Shown here: in pieces, positions 57,131 to 64,000 of the stretch
Numbering within the stretch: position 1 is the first letter of the stretch
Layout of the letters: each line of letters starts with the position of its first letter
The notes under the pieces: model-generated
What the model was told of the DNA's origin: nothing
The model's database searches: none
The model's input: the letters and a program-made list of their open reading frames with translations, nothing else
Translations under genes and position numbers: made by a program
Source: Methanomassiliicoccaceae archaeon
GTDB lineage: Archaea > Thermoplasmatota > Thermoplasmata > Methanomassiliicoccales > Methanomassiliicoccaceae
NCBI GenBank assembly: GCA_963728405.1
Contig: CAVSJV010000007.1
Location: 224,001-288,000, forward strand
DNA length: 64,000 bases
Direction of reading: 5' to 3'

Positions 57131-58626
57131 CGGTTGTTCCCTCCCAGGTTAAAGTCCTTGATGACCATTTCTGGATAGGCGATGGCGTTATGCTCACTAA
57201 TATCCAGACCTTCCCTCTCTTCGGCCTCGGAAACCCTGATGCCCATGATCCTCTTCAGAACATAGAACAGTAGGTATCCAAGGCCAAACGCCCAAAGGAC
57301 CACGACCGCAACGTTGATCATCTCGACGAGGAAGAACCCCGCGTTGCCATAGAGCAGGCCGGTGACCAGCGGACCGTCCGTGGAGTAGACCCCGTAGGTG
57401 CCGTCAGCGAACAGGCCCAGGGCGAGAAGGCCCCACACGCCGTTAAGCCCGTGGACCGATACTGCCCCGACCACGTCATCGATACCTTTCTTCTCGATGA
57501 ACCATATGCCGTAGCAGACCACGAAGCCAGCAATAACGCCGATGAGCATCGCTGCCCACGGAGCGACCCAAGCGCAGCCTGCGGTTATTCCGACCAGACC
57601 GGCGATGACGCCGTTGATGGTCATGCTGACATCGGGCTTCCCGGTCCTCCTCCAAGTGATGAACATCGCGGCTATGCCGCCGGCAGCCCCGGCGAGTGTG
57701 GTAGTGACGGCGATGCGGGAGATGACCAGCTGCTGGGCCGAGAGCGTGCTGCCAGGGTTGAAGCCGAACCAGCCGAACCACAGGATGAACCCGCCCAGTA
57801 CGGCCAGGGTCAGGTTGTGGCCCGGTATGGGCAGGGGCTTGCCGTCCTTGGTATACTTGCCGATACGAGGCCCAATAAGAATGCAAGCGGCCAGTGCGAT
57901 GAACCCACCCAGCGCATGAACGACCCCGGACCCGGCGAAATCAAGGGCCCCATAACCGCCACCCAGGTCCGTCATGAACGTGGAGGTGGCCAGCCAACCG
58001 CCGCCCCATACCCAGTGAGCGTAGATCGGGTAGATCAAAGCAGAAACGATCACACTGTATATGATGTAAACCTTGAACTTCGGCCTCTCGGCGATGGCCC
58101 CGCTGACGATCGTCGAAGCAGTGGCTGCGAACACCAGCATGAAGAACCAAAGTAACATGGTGTTGACATCATAGGAATCACCCAGGAGCATGAACGCAGA
58201 TGTCGGATCTCCAATGATCCCACCTATGTCAGGTCCCAGCAGGAGCGAATATCCCAGAATGAAGAACGCTATGGTCCCCAGAACGAAATCCACCAGGTTC
58301 TTCATCAGCACGTTTGCCACATTCTTGACCCGGCACATGCCTGCTTCAAGCAGGGCAAAGCCTGCCTGCATGAAGAAGACCAGGAACGCGCAGACCAGGA
58401 TCCATACAAAATCAATCGACAGGACCGCCCCGTCCAGATCGGGCGTATATGTGGCTGCTCCACTGGGATCTCCAGATGCCATGGCGGTACCTGGGATCAA
58501 GGCTACAAGGGCAACGACGGCCAGCAGACCAATTAGGGCCTGCCTGTTACTTCCACCCCTCCTTGAAGGAGATGCAGGCCGGGGCGAACGGTCATTCCAC
58601 TCATCGGTCGTTTCATCCATTTTCAT
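57127..58626 (-). CDS. amtB: Ammonium transporter
   Basis: FMQAGFALLEAG, SGAIAER, DFAGSGVVH, WFGWFGFNPGS, DDVVGAVSVHG. The start may be ATG 58620. Confidence 0.97.
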   Translation of the reverse strand: MKMDETTDEWNDRSPRPASPSRRGGSNRQALIGLLAVVALVALIPGTAMASGDPSGAATYTPDLDGAVLSIDFVWILVCAFLVFFMQAGFALLEAGMCRVKNVANVLMKNLVDFVLGTIAFFILGYSLLLGPDIGGIIGDPTSAFMLLGDSYDVNTMLLWFFMLVFAATASTIVSGAIAERPKFKVYIIYSVIVSALIYPIYAHWVWGGGWLATSTFMTDLGGGYGALDFAGSGVVHALGGFIALAACILIGPRIGKYTKDGKPLPIPGHNLTLAVLGGFILWFGWFGFNPGSTLSAQQLVISRIAVTTTLAGAAGGIAAMFITWRRTGKPDVSMTINGVIAGLVGITAGCAWVAPWAAMLIGVIAGFVVCYGIWFIEKKGIDDVVGAVSVHGLNGVWGLLALGLFADGTYGVYSTDGPLVTGLLYGNAGFFLVEMINVAVVVLWAFGLGYLLFYVLKRIMGIRVSEAEEREGLDISEHNAIAYPEMVIKDFNLGGNNR

Positions 58627-58690
58627 ACCTCGTCGTCTCGTTCTTTGACCGGCCTTGTCAGTCCACCAGAGGTGAGGCCAAGCCTCTCTT
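58627..58690 (-). promoter_or_regulatory. Candidate cis-regulatory RNA motif in the amtB-glnK leader
   Basis: GGCCUCACC...GGAC...CCGG...CGAG...CGACGAGG, shared with the glnA leader. Confidence 0.45.
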
Positions 58691-58843
58691 TTCTACGGTA
58701 GAATTCCAACCCGGCAAAGATTTGATGCGTCGAATCGCCCCGACCTAGGACAGTTCATCAACATCTTTGGGACGGGAGTAGTCATTTGACCAACGCATCG
58801 GCTAGGATAATAGATGAATGTATATTAATCAATACGTCAATAA

Positions 58844-58853
58844 GATATAAAGT
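58844..58853 (-). promoter_or_regulatory. Putative TATA box for amtB-glnK
   Basis: Minus-strand ACTTTATATC in an AT-rich island about 220 nt upstream of the start. Confidence 0.45.
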
Positions 58854-59316
58854 TATAATTCTTATAAACTAATATTCAATCATATATGAATCGCATTGAA
58901 GACTAGCGATTCATCTAATCACTAAATCTTAACAAACACAATGGGCACAGTGATCAATATTAAAACATTCGACATGTCCGTGCTGAACGAACAAAGCTGC
59001 TCGTTGAAATTTTGAGATGGCGCCAGGGGATAGATGGGCCTGATGTTCGCCCCTCACAATGCCTCATCGAGAAATGTGGAGCAGGAAGACTTTCCATACG
59101 GGGTCGGCCTTAAACTTATTCTATTACGACCCCATTGAACAATAACACTGTGTCCTTCTATCGATGAGGTCGAGCATGGTTCGAACTTGGCCCTTTGACC
59201 AATGAGCAACAGTAGGGCATTATCATGACCGATACTTTAATCAGGTCCTTGAAATACTAATAGAGCAGATATTAGTGTGCACTTGTTCTGTCGTTAGGGG
59301 ATGCGGAGGAGTGGAA

Positions 59317-59463
59317 ATGAGAGACTCAGAGATCCTCCAAGTTAAGACAGCGGTCCGCCTACTGGGCGGCATGAGGGATGAAGTTGAATCCTGGCCCAGC
59401 GTCAAATGTCCCCGTCCGGCCTACGAGCTCGTCTCGGAGGAACACGAAGCGGAAAAGGCCTGA
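59317..59463 (+). CDS. Small hypothetical protein (48 aa)
   Basis: Strong SD GGAGGA six nt before the ATG; MRDSEILQVKTAVRLLGG... Confidence 0.45.
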   Translation: MRDSEILQVKTAVRLLGGMRDEVESWPSVKCPRPAYELVSEEHEAEKA

Positions 59464-59680
59464 TGCTATCTCTCGTCGTAGGACTGACCACATATTCCCA
59501 TCAATCCAGCCGTGGCCAGAATTATTGCGCCTCTATCGACGGCGCTAATTTTTCAAAATCAGATGATCTGTAACTCAAATCAGCATCTCTATATCCATCC
59601 AGTTCGTTCTCCATATCACTCAGTCGTACAATGGATTTGAACAAGCCGCGTAGCAAAAATGCTAGGTGGTGATGGGTGGG

Positions 59681-60154
59681 ATGGGGCGGTTCAAATTTCT
59701 CAAGGCCAGTAATTATAAGGATTACTGGATAATCAACGAGCTCGTCGAGCAGTGCAACGAAGAGGGCAAGGACGGACGGTTCCGGTGGTGCTATGCTCCC
59801 CGAGAGCACATGACATTGCCCCATATAGACGATGATTGCGAGGCTAAATTGGTGGTGACCAAAGACAAGGTCCCTAAGATCGTCGGTTTCTATTCCTACA
59901 ACTCCTTGGGCAAAAGATTGGATGTCCTCTATGTGGTGCCTAACAAGCGGGGGCATCACATCGCCACTGACATCATCGACAACTTCCTGCGCATGTTCCC
60001 GAAGGAGAGGGAACTCTATGTTCTGAACCCCTGCAGGGCGGTTCGGAAGATGCTCAATAAGCACTACTCCGGGAGGTTCATCGCGGTCATGGCCGATGGC
60101 GCGAGCATGCAGACCATACACTTCGAGGAAGAGGACCTGGCCTTTTCGAATTGA
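59681..60154 (+). CDS. GNAT-fold acetyltransferase-like protein (resembles alphaTAT1/FAM169)
   Basis: IVGFYSY, LDVLYVVPNKRGHHIAT (acetyl-CoA motif A-like), NPCRAVRKMLNKHY. Confidence 0.6.
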   Translation: MGRFKFLKASNYKDYWIINELVEQCNEEGKDGRFRWCYAPREHMTLPHIDDDCEAKLVVTKDKVPKIVGFYSYNSLGKRLDVLYVVPNKRGHHIATDIIDNFLRMFPKERELYVLNPCRAVRKMLNKHYSGRFIAVMADGASMQTIHFEEEDLAFSN

Positions 60155-60159
60155 TTCAT

Positions 60160-60200
60160 GAAATAAAAAGATAAAGGAAAAGGATTTGAGAAGGGTTTTA
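60160..60200 (-). terminator. Pyrimidine/oligo-T terminator after glnA
   Basis: Minus-strand AAACCCTTCTCAAATCCTTTTCCTTTATCTTTTTATTT. Confidence 0.55.
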
Positions 60201-60205
60201 TCGCT

Positions 60206-61661
60206 TCACGCATCGAAGTACAGATAGAAACTCCGAAGGGTGCGGCCGCAGCCGGACATAATCATTCTCCTTCAGCATTTTATAGGAGATCCAGTTGCTG
60301 ATGAAATCCTCGCTGAAGACCCCACCACGGGTAAGGAACTCGTGGTCCGCCTCCAGGGCGTCAAGCGCCTTCTCGAGGGAGCCAGGCACGGTCTTGATCT
60401 CGGCCAGCTCTTTCTTGGAGAGTTCGAACATATCCATGTCGTGGGGTTCGCCTGGGTCGATCTTCCTCTTGATGCCGTCAAGGCCAGCCATGAGCATGGC
60501 GGAGAATGCCAGGTACGGGTTAGAGGTTGCGTCTGGCGGGCGGTACTCGATCCTCTTGGACTTGGGGCTCTTGGAGTACACTGGGATCCTTACTGCGGCC
60601 GATCGGTTACGGGCGGAGTAGACCAGGTTAACAGGCGCCTCGTAGCCTGGCACTAGCCGGCGGTACGAGTTGGTGGACGGGGAGGTCAGGGCTAGGAGGG
60701 CAGGGGAATGTGCCAGCAGACCGCCGATGTAATATAGGGCGTTCTGGGACAGCAGGGAGTAGCCCTTCTTGTCATAGAATACGTTCTCTCCGTTCTTGGC
60801 CAGGCTCTGATGGACGTGCATGCCGGTGCCGTTGTCGCCGAACAGGGGCTTGGGCATGAAAGTGATTGTCTTGCCAGCCGCAGCGGCGGTGTTCTTCATC
60901 ACGTACTTATACATCATGACCTGGTCGGCCATCTTGGCCAGGGTCTGGAAGCGCATGCCTATCTCGCCCTGACCGGCGGTGGCGACCTCGTGGTGATGAA
61001 CCTCGCACTCGATGCCCGCTGCCATCAGGTTAAGGACGCACTGGGACCGGAAGTCCTGTAATGAGTCGGTCGGGGGAACGGGGAAATAGCCCTCCTTGTT
61101 GCGGGGGCGGTGGCCGTGGTTCTTGCCGTCAATGTTGTTGCCGGAGTTCCATATGCCCTCGTCGGAGTCGATGTAGTAATAGCCGGAGTGCTGGTTCTGA
61201 TCAAACCTGACCGAGTCGAAGACGAAGAACTCCAGCTCGGGGCCCATGTAAACGGTGTCGGCAATGCCGGTGCTCTTGAGGAATTCCTCGGCCTTCTGGG
61301 CGATGTATCGGGGGTCTTTCTCATACCTGGCACCGTTAACGGGCTCGCGGACATCGCAGATGACCGAGAGCGTGGGGATCTTACACGCGGGGTCCATGAT
61401 GGCCGTGTTCATATCGGGAACCAGTAGCATGTCGCTTTCGTTGATTTGTGCGAACCCACGGATGGATGATGCGTCGAACCCGACGCCATCCTGAAGGAGA
61501 TCCTCGCACATCCTGCCGGCCGGGTAGGAGATATGCTGAAGGGTACCGGGCACGTCAGTGAACTTGAAGTCCACCATCTTGACCTGGCCGGTAGAGCACA
61601 TCTCCATCGCCGCGGCCTTCGTATCGTTATTCTTAGCCTGCTTCTTGGATGCTGCCGCCAT
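60206..61661 (-). CDS. glnA: Glutamine synthetase type I; one extra base near 60229 alters the last codons
   Basis: FDASSIRGF, GPELEFF, HHHEVATAGQ, FMPKPLFGDNGTGMHVH, SYRRLVPGYEAP, RNRSA. The corrected end reads PHPSEFYLYFDA*. Confidence 0.97.
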
Positions 61662-61684
61662 ATTGTCACAACCTTTTTTTCTTA

Positions 61685-61735
61685 AGCCTCGTCGGGACTC
61701 GAAGGGCCGGACGAGGTCCGGGGTGAGGCCCCCAT
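61685..61735 (-). promoter_or_regulatory. Candidate cis-regulatory RNA motif in the glnA leader
   Basis: GGCCUCACC-CC-GGAC-CUC-GUCCGG...CGAG...CGACGAGGC with alternative pairings; shared with the amtB leader. Confidence 0.5.
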
Positions 61736-61849
61736 TTGTGAAGCCGCCTGAGCTGCCCGCGCTAACTGGACACACATGAATCCAAGATATTTCTTCGATT
61801 CCAGTGTATCATTTTTGGCACTCACGGCAACTGCCTATAGACAAATACC

Positions 61850-61865
61850 TAATTAAAGCTTTTTG
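61850..61865 (-). promoter_or_regulatory. BRE-TATA promoter of glnA
   Basis: Minus-strand CAAAAAGCTTTAATTA, implying a leader of about 165 nt. Confidence 0.55.
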
Positions 61866-62016
61866 AACGAGACAAATGGCGATATATTATAATAATGCAG
61901 CATCATATGGACTATTGGAATAATAGATTCCTATATGAATTAATATCTTTATTGATAATGCACAATTGATGAAAAATTGGGCAATCTCATATGGCGGCGG
62001 CTCTAACATATCCTAC

Positions 62017-62472
62017 ATGTTCGAACGATTGAACGAGCAGGAGAATATCGGAGCCACGGCCAGACCGCCCCGGAAGATGCAGAGCGAGTCCGATCATGTC
62101 CATCGGGCCGTCTTCTCCCGAACCGGGCAGCTGAGAGAAGAGCGGCCTGGGGCCCAGATCACCGAGGAGCTGCAGGATCAGGAGCCTCGGGCGATACTGA
62201 AGGTAGTAGAATCGGGAAGGCCGGTCAGGGTGGAATTCATCGAATCCATGTTCTCTGCCGACCAGCTGCGATTCCTAGAAGAATATGTTCAGGCGGCCAG
62301 GCAGAGTGGGGAACTTGCCGTCCTGTACCCGGGCCAAAGCTTTCCTGAAGAGTACGTCCTTAGGGTGGTCCAGATCATCTTCGAGCGGATCAGATTTGCC
62401 GGTGTAAAGGGTGAGGTCTCGGTCCATGGTTTTCTCTATGATTTTGAGGGATTTCCACGTGAGATTGTCTAG
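62017..62472 (+). CDS. Hypothetical protein divergent from glnA
   Basis: About 150-aa ORF with coding-like composition; start uncertain; no recognised motif. Confidence 0.6.
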   Translation: MFERLNEQENIGATARPPRKMQSESDHVHRAVFSRTGQLREERPGAQITEELQDQEPRAILKVVESGRPVRVEFIESMFSADQLRFLEEYVQAARQSGELAVLYPGQSFPEEYVLRVVQIIFERIRFAGVKGEVSVHGFLYDFEGFPREIV

Positions 62473-62548
62473 TCGATTGTACTATACTGATACAGGTGGC
62501 CTAAAACGAAGTGATTTATAACTCCCGGTGAATTGGGAGGCGAGAGCT

Positions 62549-63595
62549 ATGAATGTCGAAGAGAGATTTAGCTTGCTGGCGAGGAATACTGAGGAGATCG
62601 TGACGGAAGAGGAGCTGAAGAAGCTCCTTGCTGACAACCCCTCGCCCCGGAGTTATATCGGCTTCGAGCCTTCAGGTCTCGTTCACCTTGGCTGGGTCAT
62701 CTGCGCGAACAAGGTGAAGGATTTCGTGGACGCCGGTTTCGAAATCACCATCTTCTTTGCCGATTGGCACGCTTACATCAACGACAAACTGGGTGGTGAC
62801 ATCGAGAGGATACGCACCTGCGCCCGCTACATGGAGGACTGCTTCGAGGCTCTGGGTGTCCCCCGCGATAAGGTCAAGTTCGTGTTGGCTTCAGAGATCA
62901 TGGATGGCATTGACTATTGGGAGAAGGTCATGAAGGTGGGCAAGGTCACCTCGTTGTCCCGGATCAAGCGGGCCATGACCATCATGGGGCGCAAGGAGGA
63001 CGATGCCGAGCTGGACTCCTCCAAATTCCTTTACCCCCTGATGCAGGCTACGGACATCTTCATGATGGACATTGATGTCGCCTACTCCGGGATCGACCAG
63101 AGGCGCGCCCATATGCTGGCGAGGGAAGCCGGGGAGAAGCTGCATTGGAAGGTCCCTATCGCTCTGCACACGCCCCTACTACCTGGCCTAAAGGGGGTCA
63201 ACCGGATGGATCCGGTGGCCAATAAGATGTCCAAGTCCGATCCGGACAGCGGCATTCTGATCCACGACACTCCGGAAGACATCGACCGAAAGATCAAGAA
63301 GGCATTCTGCCCACCAGAAGTGGAAGGTAACCCCCTTCTAGCAATCTGCAAGATGATCCTGTTCCAAAAGAGCCCCATGTTCGTGATCGATCGCCCAGAG
63401 AAGTTCGGAGGAAAGCTGGAGTTCCATTCGTACGAGGATTTGGAGACGACATACAAGGCCGGAAAGCTCCACCCCATGGACCTGAAGGGCGGAGTAGCCA
63501 AGGCCCTCAGCGATCAGCTTGGTCCGGCCAGGGCGTATTTCGAACAGCATCCCGAAAACCTCATGGCGATGAAGCGGTCGATCGGTCTCGTCTAA
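62549..63595 (+). CDS. tyrS: Tyrosine--tRNA ligase (archaeal type)
   Basis: YIGFEPSG, HLGW, ADWHA, YPLMQ, GIDQR, KMSKS, LHPMDLK. Confidence 0.97.
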   Translation: MNVEERFSLLARNTEEIVTEEELKKLLADNPSPRSYIGFEPSGLVHLGWVICANKVKDFVDAGFEITIFFADWHAYINDKLGGDIERIRTCARYMEDCFEALGVPRDKVKFVLASEIMDGIDYWEKVMKVGKVTSLSRIKRAMTIMGRKEDDAELDSSKFLYPLMQATDIFMMDIDVAYSGIDQRRAHMLAREAGEKLHWKVPIALHTPLLPGLKGVNRMDPVANKMSKSDPDSGILIHDTPEDIDRKIKKAFCPPEVEGNPLLAICKMILFQKSPMFVIDRPEKFGGKLEFHSYEDLETTYKAGKLHPMDLKGGVAKALSDQLGPARAYFEQHPENLMAMKRSIGLV

Positions 63596-63670
63596 TCCTT
63601 TCCAAACCCTCACCTTTCCATCTTTTCAACTGTGACAGATGTCCGACAGGGCCATTTTTCGCAATAATTA

Positions 63671-63696
63671 AATGTATGCAAGTACTTGCTTTCATT
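63671..63696. promoter_or_regulatory. Inverted repeat, likely TetR autoregulatory operator
   Basis: AATG-TAT-GCAAGTACTTGC-TTT-CATT, with a perfect 12-bp core, abutting the TetR ATG. Confidence 0.65.
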
Positions 63697-64000
63697 ATGC
63701 CGGACGGTGTAGCGGACGAATGCGATCCTTCATCGAGATCAAGAGAACGGATCCTGGACGCCGGCCTGAAAATTTTTGGTGAGAAGGGTTACGCCGGCGC
63801 CACCACCAAGGAGATCGCCCTTCGGGCTGGGGTGAATGAGGTCACTCTCTTCCGGACCTTTCATAATAAAATGGGTCTTTTCGATGTTATAATCAAAGAA
63901 CGTTTTCCAAAGGCCCAGTTGCTGAAGGAACTGCATTTCGACCGAGGTCTTGGGATGAGAACGGTTCTGGTGGAGAACTCATTGCGTCTTTTAAACATCC
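63697..64000 (+). CDS. TetR/AcrR family transcriptional regulator (partial, runs off the window end)
   Basis: RERILDAGLKIFGEKGYAGATTKEIALRAGVNEVTLFRTFHNKMGLF. Confidence 0.92.
   Translation, partial: MPDGVADECDPSSRSRERILDAGLKIFGEKGYAGATTKEIALRAGVNEVTLFRTFHNKMGLFDVIIKERFPKAQLLKELHFDRGLGMRTVLVENSLRLLNI

Noticed and set aside
59084-59095. GGAA-GACT-TTCC as an NrpR site
   Set aside because: The spacer is 4 nt rather than 6, and the site is far from the amtB promoter.
58805-61940. ATAATAGAT and TATATGAAT shared upstream of amtB and glnA
   Set aside because: Both are low-complexity AT-rich words with different spacing, and ATAATAGAT also occurs near 21190 in an unrelated intergenic region.
507-63936. 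Many long antisense or alternate-frame ORFs in the track (e.g. 1618-2658, 13684-14709, 44913-45899)
   Set aside because: They are shadows of real genes in GC-rich DNA and carry no recognisable motifs.
1-64000. Genome-wide reassignment of TAG to pyrrolysine
   Set aside because: Several genes (histidine kinase at 3087, DUF1622 at 6871, RAD55-like at 11152, PRTase at 21945) end in TAG at the expected C-terminus, and no long conserved gene has an internal TAG.

Overview
This is a GC-rich archaeal chromosomal window. Protein similarity and gene content suggest Thermoplasmatota, probably Methanomassiliicoccales. This is an inference, because no methanogenesis marker gene lies in the window. About 16 kb (33.1-48.9 kb, minus strand) is the canonical S10/spc ribosomal-protein superoperon from rpl3 to secY, followed by DUF106, cmk and cbf5. 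The rest contains a REC-PAS histidine kinase, mptA, rnhB, the initiator tRNA-Met, glpABC, two KaiC/GvpD-type ATPases, glmU-glmS, a purine-salvage cluster, an ABC-2 exporter, a TctA permease, the iRadA/small partner/polB2 operon, a beta-CASP nuclease, a CDF transporter, RaSEA, a DUF835 sensor, a flavin disulfide oxidoreductase with a ubiquitin-like protein, amtB-glnK, glnA, tyrS and a partial TetR gene. Single-base frameshifts in core genes (secY, cmk, glnA, mptA and others) point to sequencing or assembly indels. I saw no CRISPR array, integrase or transposase. The most interesting observations are: (1) a two-box sequence motif with pairing potential shared by the long 5' leaders of glnA and amtB-glnK, a candidate nitrogen-responsive cis-regulatory RNA; (2) a stand-alone Cas4-like nuclease with four transmembrane helices inserted inside its nuclease domain, next to a CDIN1/C15orf41 (TPD) nuclease homolog; (3) an alpha-tubulin-acetyltransferase-like GNAT between amtB and glnA; (4) an intact but catalytically eroded adenine deaminase; (5) glpABC without an adjacent glycerol kinase; (6) a palindrome upstream of the polB2 operon.
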